Of a stretch of 64,000 nt of DNA, positions 36,142 to 42,568 are shown in pieces (position 1 is the stretch's first letter; each line of letters begins with the position of its first letter). The DNA lies in NCBI GenBank assembly GCA_947085505.1, contig CAMTWI010000004.1, positions 129,800-193,799 on the forward strand, read 5' to 3'. Source of the DNA: an uncultured bacterium (GTDB taxonomy: Bacteria > Patescibacteriota > Minisyncoccia > Phycocordibacterales > Phycocordibacteraceae). The position numbers were made by a program, and so were the translations under genes. Below the pieces are notes generated by a model. It was not told the origin of the DNA. It made no database searches and was given only the letters and a program-made list of their open reading frames with translations.

Positions 36142-37509
36142 ATGCAGATCCTACGCTCCTTAGTACTCGCCTTTTCTTTCCTTACCGCTTTCTCGCTTAT
36201 TGGCGCGATTGTACCGAGCGACGTACGTGCCCAGACTGAGGAACAGATTAAGAGCCAGATAAACGAACATGCCCAGCGCATCAAAGATCTCGAAAAGGAG
36301 ATCGCTGAGGCGGAGCGGCAGCGCACAATCCTGAACGGACAATCTCAGACGCTTCAAACCGCAATTAAATCGATTGATATCACCCGTAGGCAGACAACCT
36401 CGCAAATCGATCTAACGCAGAACAGAATTTCATCAACGAACCTAAAGCTCGAGGAACTTTCCTACAATATTCAAGACACCGAGCAGCTCATAGCGCTCGA
36501 CAAACGCACCATAGAGCAGTCCATTCGCAATATGGCAGAAGCTGCTGACGTCTCACTCGTTGAACAGGTGTTCGCCGCAGGTAACTTAACCGAAGCGTGG
36601 ACAGCCGTTGATGACGCAGCCTCACTCAATTCTGCACTTCGCGCGAATCTTGCAAATCTTGCAAAAGCAAAAGACGAACTTTCAAACCAGAAGCAGGACG
36701 TTGACGCAAAGAAGAACGAACTTACCTCACTCGCTACTGACCTTTCAACGCAAAAGCGTTCCTTGGACATTGCCAAGAGCGAGAAGGATAGACTCCTCGC
36801 GCAAACAAAGAATCAGGAGAGTGCATACCAGAATCTCATAGCAAAGAAGCAGGCAGAGAGGAGGATCTTTGAGCAAGCACTCTCAAGCCTTGAGAACAGT
36901 CTCACGTCTGTGGGACAGGGAGCGGCACCGGCGTCCCAGACCGGTGTGCTCGCATGGCCGTACTCCTCAACCTTTGCACAGAGTTGCGCAGGGAAGGCTG
37001 GCGCACTCGGGAACTCACGCTGCATAACGCAGTATTTCGGGAACACGGCGTTCGCAACCGCAAACTCGCAGATCTATAATGGCTCTGGACACAATGCCAT
37101 CGATATTGGCATGCCCGTTGGTACGCCGGTCCTTGCCGCACTCTCCGGAACCGTTGCAGGCACAGGGAACACCGACTCGGTTCCTGGTTGCTACTCTTTT
37201 GGGAAGTGGGTAGCGATAAAGCACGCGAACGGCCTTACAACCTCCTATTCGCATCTCTCTTCGATTTCAGTGTCAGCGGGCCAGACCGTTACCACCGGTC
37301 AGGTTATCGGAAATTCCGGTATGACTGGGTACGCAACTGGTCCACACCTCCATTTCAGCGTGTACGCGTCAGCTGGCTTCAAGATTATGGATCTTGGAAA
37401 CTGGAGAAGGCAGCAAGGACTTCCAACCGGGACTGGGTGTACTGCGGGAGGTGCCATTATGCCGGTTGCACCGCTTGATGCGTATTTGAATCCGATGTCA
37501 TATTTGTAA
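36142..37509 (+). CDS. M23 family peptidase with an N-terminal coiled coil (EnvC-like)
   Basis: Signal/TM segment, ~250-aa coiled coil, then M23 motifs GHNAIDIG and GPHLHFSV. Confidence 0.85.
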   Translation: MQILRSLVLAFSFLTAFSLIGAIVPSDVRAQTEEQIKSQINEHAQRIKDLEKEIAEAERQRTILNGQSQTLQTAIKSIDITRRQTTSQIDLTQNRISSTNLKLEELSYNIQDTEQLIALDKRTIEQSIRNMAEAADVSLVEQVFAAGNLTEAWTAVDDAASLNSALRANLANLAKAKDELSNQKQDVDAKKNELTSLATDLSTQKRSLDIAKSEKDRLLAQTKNQESAYQNLIAKKQAERRIFEQALSSLENSLTSVGQGAAPASQTGVLAWPYSSTFAQSCAGKAGALGNSRCITQYFGNTAFATANSQIYNGSGHNAIDIGMPVGTPVLAALSGTVAGTGNTDSVPGCYSFGKWVAIKHANGLTTSYSHLSSISVSAGQTVTTGQVIGNSGMTGYATGPHLHFSVYASAGFKIMDLGNWRRQQGLPTGTGCTAGGAIMPVAPLDAYLNPMSYL

Positions 37510-37534
37510 GTTCGATACCTAGTCTGCCAGCAAT
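37510..37534 (+). repeat. box copy R0, truncated (right part only)
   Basis: GTTCGATACCTAGTCTGCCAGCAAT starts directly after the M23 stop codon. It matches the box ends GTTC...CTGCCAGCAAT. Confidence 0.6.
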
Positions 37535-37602
37535 TCTTTTAAACCCCTATTGGGTGTAGTATTTAGATTAGAAGGCTGTTTGGGCCACAAGGAGAACTCA
37601 AG

Positions 37603-37851
37603 ATGTTTGATCCTCTTTTAGGCATGTCTGAAGAAGAGTACGAGGCAGAGCTGGTGCGTATGGCTGAGCAGAGCGACAATCCGAGCGCGAAGCGGTGGCT
37701 AGAATGCAGGAATGCGCCACCCCTCACTCTGAAGCAGACTGAGGAGATTCTCGTGCGAATGTCCGAGTACAACCCGGATGCGCCCGAGATACTTCGCAAA
37801 TTTCGACTCAAGCATGCGGACGAACTTGGAAGTGACGAGGCGGCTCCGTGA
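37603..37851 (+). CDS. cassette gene P1, hypothetical 82-aa acidic protein
   Basis: AAGGAG SD 8 nt upstream of the ATG; a hairpin spans the stop codon. Confidence 0.55.
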   Translation: MFDPLLGMSEEEYEAELVRMAEQSDNPSAKRWLECRNAPPLTLKQTEEILVRMSEYNPDAPEILRKFRLKHADELGSDEAAP

Positions 37852-37872
37852 GCCGCCTCAAAACTTTATATA

Positions 37873-37903
37873 GGTTCCAACATCGTCCCAGACTGCCAGC
37901 AAT
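37873..37903 (+). repeat. box copy R1 (consensus)
   Basis: GGTTCCAACATCGTCCCAGACTGCCAGCAAT. Confidence 0.9.
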
Positions 37904-37906
37904 GTT

Positions 37907-37915
37907 TGATAGAAT
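37907..37915 (+). promoter_or_regulatory. extended -10 promoter, leaderless P2
   Basis: TGaTAGAAT, then 6 nt to the ATG at 37922; begins 4 nt after box R1. Confidence 0.5.
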
Positions 37916-37921
37916 CTTGAT

Positions 37922-38359
37922 ATGGATGAACTCCTCGAACTCTTCCCGAAGGCTGTCGCATGGGCAGAGGACCATTCCGCTCAAATCCTGAAAGAGGGGA
38001 GATCGTTAACAGTAGAGGAGATGGAAGCGGCTAGGAGAGTGGGTGTCCAGCACCCAGAGAGCGTGCGCATCTCTGAAGTAACTGAACTCCCTAAGCCTGA
38101 GGACGAAGAGCTGCGAGCGGCAGCTCTCTCAATCGGCTTGCTTGGACCAACGATGATCGGGCTCACGCTTGGGTATGGCATCTATCTTGTACGTGGAAAT
38201 GAGACGAGGTTTATACCCCATGAGCTACGGCACGTGTATCAGTTTGAGCGCTTAGGATCGATTTCAAACTTTCTAACTGTTTATCTGCAGGAACTCCAGA
38301 AATTTGGTTACGCGAATGCGCCTCTTGAAGTGGATGCATCAAGGTACGAGCCTGTGTAA
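37922..38359 (+). CDS. cassette gene P2, HExxH-motif protein (putative zinc metallopeptidase-like)
   Basis: 145 aa with GYGIYLVRGNETRFIPHELRHVYQFERLG. The HELRH motif and its context recall DUF4157-type domains (from memory, not searched). Confidence 0.55.
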   Translation: MDELLELFPKAVAWAEDHSAQILKEGRSLTVEEMEAARRVGVQHPESVRISEVTELPKPEDEELRAAALSIGLLGPTMIGLTLGYGIYLVRGNETRFIPHELRHVYQFERLGSISNFLTVYLQELQKFGYANAPLEVDASRYEPV

Positions 38360-38362
38360 GTA

Positions 38363-38393
38363 GGTTTCAACATAGTCCCAGACAGCCAGCAAC
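38363..38393 (+). repeat. box copy R2 (4 mismatches)
   Basis: GGTTTCAACATAGTCCCAGACAGCCAGCAAC. Confidence 0.8.
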
Positions 38394-38445
38394 AAATAAC
38401 AAAAGCCGCCCAACAAAGTCGAACGACTTCTGTAGGCGGCAGCGG

Positions 38446-38841
38446 CTAGAACCGATATGAGGTTTGCTCGAGCCCGACCTTCTTTTCGGCGGGCCTCTTG
38501 CCGTAGCCGAGACCGAACATCAGAAGGAAGGCGGCCCCGCAGATCGCCAGGGAGCCGGCATTCAGCTGAAGCGCGAGGAGGGCCGGCGTTTCGTCTTCCA
38601 TGGCAGTCCTCAGGGTGAGGACGGGTAAGAGACCGAATACCAGTCCCAGCACACCGCCTTTCGAGCGTTGAAAGCCCGCATACCAGACCAGCAGGGTCCA
38701 GAGCAGCACGAGCACAAAGAAGATGGGTGTGAAGGACCAGGCGGCGATTGGCTCGGCCACGGGCGGATAGAACCCGAGGAAGAGTCCGGACAGCAGCATG
38801 AGAAGCGGCATCCAGATCATGAAGCTACTTTTGACGTACAT
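38446..38841 (-). CDS. cassette gene P3, small membrane protein
   Basis: Start at MYVKSSFMIW with a GGGAGA SD; 4 hydrophobic helices. The track N-terminal extension reads through the repeat and is discarded. Confidence 0.55.
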   Translation of the reverse strand: MYVKSSFMIWMPLLMLLSGLFLGFYPPVAEPIAAWSFTPIFFVLVLLWTLLVWYAGFQRSKGGVLGLVFGLLPVLTLRTAMEDETPALLALQLNAGSLAICGAAFLLMFGLGYGKRPAEKKVGLEQTSYRF

Positions 38842-38934
38842 TGCGTTTCTCCCGCAAGTTGTTTCCTTTGTGAATATATATTTAAATCTAGAAAAGTAAA
38901 GATGCTTCGGTATGTGTCTCTTATAGAGGCATGT

Positions 38935-38975
38935 GTTGCAGAAAGGTTCCAACATCGTCCCAGACTGGCAGCAAT
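38935..38975 (+). repeat. box copy R3 with GTTGCAGAAA extension
   Basis: GTTGCAGAAA + GGTTCCAACATCGTCCCAGACTGGCAGCAAT (1 mismatch). Confidence 0.9.
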
Positions 38976-38977
38976 AC

Positions 38978-39006
38978 ATAAAGCGAAAGAGGCACCGAAG
39001 TGCCCC
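38978..39006 (-). terminator. intrinsic terminator of P4
   Basis: On the minus strand: GGGGCAC-TTCG-GTGCCTC followed by TTTCGCTTTAT. Confidence 0.7.
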
Positions 39007-39008
39007 TG

Positions 39009-39230
39009 TCAGAGAATTAATATCTCCCTCTCTCGTAGACCGGCTTCGGTCTGATTGATGGGTTGCAGTGTGCTGCCTGCGTCTCTCTCCTGCAAAAGCA
39101 GGGAATACAGATCAAGTGCGGCACGAACGGTTGAACTTTTTGATTCAGCGTTTGTATCGACTTGAATCCTTTCAATACGCTGCATGTCCTTCTCAGAGAG
39201 GACAAGCTGCAGGCGCGCTGTCAGAGCCAT
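39009..39230 (-). CDS. cassette gene P4, ribbon-helix-helix (CopG/Arc-like) DNA-binding protein
   Basis: 73 aa. N-terminal beta-strand-like LQLVLSEKDMQRIERI followed by STVRAALDLY helices. AGGAGG SD. Confidence 0.6.
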   Translation of the reverse strand: MALTARLQLVLSEKDMQRIERIQVDTNAESKSSTVRAALDLYSLLLQERDAGSTLQPINQTEAGLREREILIL

Positions 39231-39249
39231 GAGTTCCTCCTGAAAATAC

Positions 39250-39311
39250 TCTAGACAGAACGTACCATATGTTGCAGAAAGGGTCCAACATCGTCCCAGA
39301 CTGCCAGCAAT
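39250..39311 (+). repeat. box copy R4 with full promoter module
   Basis: TCTAGACAGAACGTACCATATGTTGCAGAAAGGGTCCAACATCGTCCCAGACTGCCAGCAAT. On the minus strand this reads TTGGAC, 18 nt spacer, TGgTACGTT. Confidence 0.9.
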
Positions 39312-39344
39312 AGAAATACTCCCCACCTTTCGATGGGAAGTATT
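39312..39344 (-). terminator. intrinsic terminator of P5
   Basis: On the minus strand: AATACTTCCCA...TGGGGAGTATT followed by TCTATT. Confidence 0.6.
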
Positions 39345-39374
39345 ATGGCAACACTGACTTGATGAAGTGGCGAG

Positions 39375-39872
39375 TTAAGCGTCAGATGTGCTGATTCGCT
39401 CTCCAAAGTCCCAGTTGAACTTCGATCTTCTAAAGCGGCCCTTGCCGATACTGAACATAAAGCTCGGCCGCGTGAAGACTTTCAAGTCGGTCTCTACAGC
39501 ATCAGGAATGCACTGGTAGTAGAACATGAGCCTGTGCGGCTCTCTGTGCCGGTCAACCGAAAGGCACAACATGAGCGCGTCGCCAGTGCCGCTTCGAATC
39601 GTCAGCTGCAGCTTATACGAACGCCGCCACACGTCTTCGGAAACTTCTGATAGCAAGTATCTTTTCCGATTGTTCATTGCTTCCTCGACTTCTTCATGTG
39701 GAAATGAAACTGTCGAGTAATCGTAGGTAGTTTTATCCTCACAGGTAAGGACTTCGATCTGAGCGCCCGGGACGTACTGTTGAACAAGTGTAGAGAGTCG
39801 GCGTGCTGACTCCAGGAACTCGTTGAGTCCAATAGCCAGTAGTAAACGGTTATCGCGACTGAATCTAGACAC
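39375..39872 (-). CDS. cassette gene P5, hypothetical 165-aa protein
   Basis: GTG start with an ACGGAGA SD; no motif recognised. Confidence 0.5.
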   Translation of the reverse strand: MSRFSRDNRLLLAIGLNEFLESARRLSTLVQQYVPGAQIEVLTCEDKTTYDYSTVSFPHEEVEEAMNNRKRYLLSEVSEDVWRRSYKLQLTIRSGTGDALMLCLSVDRHREPHRLMFYYQCIPDAVETDLKVFTRPSFMFSIGKGRFRRSKFNWDFGERISTSDA

Positions 39873-39903
39873 TATTATTCTCCGTGTTGGTACAAAACCT
39901 TTA

Positions 39904-39934
39904 TATATAATAGTTCATTATTGACATTTGTCAA
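39904..39934 (-). promoter_or_regulatory. P5-specific promoter with a palindromic -35
   Basis: On the minus strand: TTGACAAATGTCAA (perfect palindrome containing TTGACA), then an AT-rich -10 (ATTATA/TATATA) 17-19 nt downstream. Confidence 0.5.
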
Positions 39935-39950
39935 ACATAAGCCGTAGAAA

Positions 39951-39981
39951 GGTTCCAACATCGTCCCAGACTGGCAGCAAT
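39951..39981 (+). repeat. box copy R5
   Basis: GGTTCCAACATCGTCCCAGACTGGCAGCAAT (1 mismatch, same variant as R3). Confidence 0.9.
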
Positions 39982-40021
39982 AAAATAGGAAAACCGCGTG
40001 AACGGAATTCCGTTACGCGGT
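39982..40021 (-). terminator. intrinsic terminator of P6
   Basis: On the minus strand: ACCGCGTAACGGAATTCCGTTCACGCGGT followed by TTTCCTATTTT. Confidence 0.75.
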
Positions 40022-40030
40022 AACAAGCTA

Positions 40031-40444
40031 TTAAGGGTGGTACGACCTCCATAACTTCCTCCACGGTTGGTAGAGCAGAAATATAATCACACCAACCAGC
40101 GCCGAATTCGCCCCGAGTAGGAAGAAGTAGGCGAACCAACAACACTCCTTGGCGTAAAAGTAACGGGGAAGTTTGTAGTAGCACCTGACAAGGCTCGGGT
40201 CAGGGGCACCGGAGGCGCGAAGAGCCTCTGCTTCCCTCATGTATTCAGCAATCGTTGCGTGCATAAAGGTAAAGAAAACCGCCGCAACGCCGATGTATTC
40301 AATTCCGCCCTTTCGTGTGACGAGTGCCACAGCGATAAGGACGCTGAGTACAACCCCGCCCTCGACCTGATATGTACGGCACCCGAAAGCCCTTTTGATC
40401 TTTTCGACCAAGAAGACGGGTACGTATGCCAATGATCTTGCCAC
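40031..40444 (-). CDS. cassette gene P6, small membrane protein
   Basis: GTG start 5 nt after AAGGAGG; 137 aa with 3-4 hydrophobic helices. Confidence 0.55.
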   Translation of the reverse strand: MARSLAYVPVFLVEKIKRAFGCRTYQVEGGVVLSVLIAVALVTRKGGIEYIGVAAVFFTFMHATIAEYMREAEALRASGAPDPSLVRCYYKLPRYFYAKECCWFAYFFLLGANSALVGVIIFLLYQPWRKLWRSYHP

Positions 40445-40461
40445 AATGGCCTCCTTGTTTA

Positions 40462-40523
40462 TCTAGACAGAACGTAGCATACGTTGCAGAAAGGTTCCAA
40501 CATCGTCCCAGACAGCCAGCTAT
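40462..40523 (+). repeat. box copy R6 with full promoter module
   Basis: TCTAGACAGAACGTAGCATACGTTGCAGAAAGGTTCCAACATCGTCCCAGACAGCCAGCTAT. On the minus strand this reads TTGGAA, 18 nt spacer, TGcTACGTT. AACGTA-GCA-TACGTT is a perfect palindrome. Confidence 0.9.
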
Positions 40524-40562
40524 ACAAAGCAGAAGAGGAGACCCGCTCATGGGTCTCCTCTT
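40524..40562 (-). terminator. terminator-like hairpin overlapping the P7 stop
   Basis: AAGAGGAGACCC / GGGTCTCCTCTT stem; CTGCTTTGTATA follows on the minus strand. Confidence 0.5.
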
Positions 40563-40921
40563 GATTTCTTGCGCTTAAGTCTGCGCGCAGCATTTCGCTT
40601 TTGTCGTTCAAGCTGTGGGCGTAAGTACTCAAACTTTCCAAGATGCATGAAGCCGCTGTACGTTCCGATTAGTGGGTGCGGCCAAAGTCCACACTCACGA
40701 ACCATTTGCTCAGTGGCAATGACCTTCGGAAACTCACCGTGCCAGGTTAATGAAGGCCGGCGATGTGCTCGTTCTGGTGGCGTACATTCGGAACAAAGAG
40801 CCGTTACTTTCGAATGATCCTTCACGAGAAGTCCATAGAACTTACCGGTCGATTTCAGGAACGATGTTCCTAATGCAGTGTTCTCTATACCACTGCACTC
40901 ATCACAAATGAAAAGTGGCAT
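40547..40921 (-). CDS. cassette gene P7, CxxC...CxxC zinc-ribbon-like protein with a basic tail
   Basis: 124 aa; CDEC and CSEC pairs; C-terminal RQKRNAARRLKRKKSR; GGGAGA SD. Confidence 0.55.
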   Translation of the reverse strand: MPLFICDECSGIENTALGTSFLKSTGKFYGLLVKDHSKVTALCSECTPPERAHRRPSLTWHGEFPKVIATEQMVRECGLWPHPLIGTYSGFMHLGKFEYLRPQLERQKRNAARRLKRKKSRGDP

Positions 40922-40937
40922 TGATGTTCTCCCTGTA

Positions 40938-40975
40938 TCTAGACAGAACCTACCACGTGTTGCAGAAGGGTTCCA
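40938..40975 (+). repeat. box copy R7, truncated (promoter module plus first 7 nt of the box)
   Basis: TCTAGACAGAACCTACCACGTGTTGCAGAAGGGTTCCA ends 3 nt before the alkA stop codon. On the minus strand it reads CTGGAA, 18 nt spacer, TGgTAGGTT. Confidence 0.8.
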
Positions 40976-40978
40976 GCT

Positions 40979-41620
40979 TTAAGCGTCCCGGACACGCCAC
41001 AACACCTTTGACGCAAACGTCCGATGCGGAGACCACCGGAGAGCAATAACTTCGAGCTCCTGTACGGCAACATCTTTAGGTAATCCATAGAGACTCTCCA
41101 TAGAACGCCTTAGTCCTAAATCTCCCAGAGAGAACACATCCTCTCGTTCAAGTGCGAACATAAGAAACATTTCCGCAGTCCAGCGGCCAATACCCCACAC
41201 CGAAGAAAGTCTTGTTATGGCTTCTTTCTCAGGAATCTTCCGGAGTGCGGGCAAATCAAGTTCTCCCTTAAGCACCGCTTTCGACAATTCCTTAAGAGTC
41301 TTTGATTTAGCTGCAGAGAGCCCGGCCTTACGCATCGTTGGCAGACGGAGCTTTTGAATAGCTTCGGGTGTAACCTCTCCCTTACACGCAACAACGAGCC
41401 GTTCCCATATAGTGTCGGCGGCTTTCGTTGAGAGTTGTTGGCCCGTTACGCTCGCTGCAAGAGAGGAGAAGAGCTTCTGTCCGGAGTAGCGTCGTTGCGC
41501 CGTGGAGCGGGGAACGAAGTGATCCTTTAGAGGCAGCGCCGCTCTATGTAGTATTGGGTCCGCTTTCTTCAGATGAAGAAGGGCAGCCGCTACGTGCACA
41601 TCGTGCTTCTTTGAAGGCAT
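40979..41620 (-). CDS. alkA: DNA-3-methyladenine glycosylase II family (HhH-GPD)
   Basis: HhH-GPD region SSVWGIGRWTAEMFLMFALEREDVFSLGDLGL. Start at MPSKKHD after TATACT-N7. Confidence 0.8.
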   Translation of the reverse strand: MPSKKHDVHVAAALLHLKKADPILHRAALPLKDHFVPRSTAQRRYSGQKLFSSLAASVTGQQLSTKAADTIWERLVVACKGEVTPEAIQKLRLPTMRKAGLSAAKSKTLKELSKAVLKGELDLPALRKIPEKEAITRLSSVWGIGRWTAEMFLMFALEREDVFSLGDLGLRRSMESLYGLPKDVAVQELEVIALRWSPHRTFASKVLWRVRDA

Positions 41621-41642
41621 CGAGACTAGTATACTGGAGGCA

Positions 41643-41840
41643 ATGGTACGATTCATCATCCTCATAATCATATTGATCCTTGCGCTGTCTTATTTCGGCA
41701 TTTCGATTCGCGATATAGCACAATCGCCAACAGGAGAAGATAACTTCACCTTTGTCTGGAACTACGTGAAGGACGGGTGGGAGATCATAACTGCCATTCT
41801 CGCTGGTCTTATCGAGGCCGTTCGAAACGTATTCTCATAA
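41643..41840 (+). CDS. small membrane protein
   Basis: 65 aa with an N-terminal TM helix (FIILIIILILALSYF). Divergent from alkA, with which it shares the palindromic AGTATACT. Confidence 0.45.
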   Translation: MVRFIILIIILILALSYFGISIRDIAQSPTGEDNFTFVWNYVKDGWEIITAILAGLIEAVRNVFS

Positions 41841-41851
41841 TCCTCATACCT

Positions 41852-42097
41852 ATGGAAAAGAAACAAATTGCTATCTCAGCCGCACCGAACACGAACGCAA
41901 CCTTCGTAAACGCTACGCAAGTAACCGTCTCAGACGATGCGGTCATCATTCAGTTCGCCTATGTACGGCCAAACACAGAGGTTGGGCAGCTTATTTCTGA
42001 GATTGTGCTCTCGCCAAAGCACGCCATAGAGTTCAGCAAAGCGCTCGACAACACCATAAAGCAACACTTCACCAGACATCTCGAGGTAGGGGAGTAA
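41852..42097 (+). CDS. small hypothetical protein (DUF3467-like by recollection)
   Basis: 81 aa from MEKKQIAIS. The pattern VTVSDDAVIIQFAYV...VLSPKHAIEFSKALDNTIKQH resembles DUF3467; this was not searched. Confidence 0.5.
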   Translation: MEKKQIAISAAPNTNATFVNATQVTVSDDAVIIQFAYVRPNTEVGQLISEIVLSPKHAIEFSKALDNTIKQHFTRHLEVGE

Positions 42098-42191
42098 CAT
42101 GAACGCTTCATGCCGACTTCATGATGCTGCGCGTAGTATTCACACATGGTTAGTAGCAAGTACTAACGATTAATTAACCTATTGTATTGCT

Positions 42192-42425
42192 ATGAAGAAA
42201 CTACTACTCGGATCGCTCGCGCTTGCAGCAGTTGTCGCCATCCCTGGCGTATCATTCGCAGCGACCTACGCATACGTAAACACTGCAGGAGAAGTTATGA
42301 CGATGGAAGCTTCAAACGCGTCTACCGCCATTGCTACCGCTCCTGGTATTCACCCACGCAGCGGTGTTCTGCTCATCCAGTCAACCAGCGACCCTATTGT
42401 TGGAGACACGGTGCAGGTTCGGTAA
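42192..42425 (+). CDS. small secreted protein
   Basis: Signal peptide MKKLLLGSLALAAVVAIPGVSFA; 77 aa. Confidence 0.55.
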   Translation: MKKLLLGSLALAAVVAIPGVSFAATYAYVNTAGEVMTMEASNASTAIATAPGIHPRSGVLLIQSTSDPIVGDTVQVR

Positions 42426-42568
42426 GACACCACTCGTCTTATACGTCTTAACTCCTGAAGCATTGTGCCTCAGGAGTTTTGCGTTCTCAACTTCATGAAG
42501 CATATTCCTCTTCATATTTCTTTCCGTGCTACGGTTTTAAGACTAACTTTGCATCTAGATCCTTACGT

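Noticed and set aside
37836-37858. Hairpin GAGGCGGCTCCGTGAGCCGCCTC at the P1 stop as an intrinsic terminator
   Set aside because: Neither strand has a U-tract after the stem (AAAACTTT on the plus strand, GTCACTTCC on the minus strand). It may still be a processing or stability element, so it is not annotated as a terminator.
39281-39311. Sigma54 promoter inside the box (TGGCAG on the minus strand)
   Set aside because: The -12 element is missing, because TGGCAG-N5 is followed by GACG rather than TTGC. A sigma70-type reading with an extended -10 fits better.
38842-40550. ORF-track N-terminal extensions and ORFs that share peptides such as GSLGRCWTLSATYGTFCL / GCLGRCWNLSATYATFCL (39231-39326, 40299-40550, 38842-38979, 39918-40184)
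   Set aside because: The shared peptides are simply the repeat box and promoter module translated on the minus strand. Real starts with SD sequences lie downstream of the modules, and terminators lie between the genes.
37510-40977. CRISPR array interpretation of the 31-nt repeats
   Set aside because: The repeat spacing is 340-660 nt rather than 25-40 nt. The intervals are complete genes with promoters and terminators. No cas genes or leader are present in the window.
37510-40977. Classical integron (attC-delimited cassettes)
   Set aside because: No intI-type integrase or attI is present in the window. The conserved unit is 31-62 nt of primary sequence rather than a structure-conserved, sequence-variable attC. 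I could not find RYYYAAC / GTTRRRY core pairs. Cassette genes point both ways. A non-canonical recombination-based array is still kept as one hypothesis in the findings.
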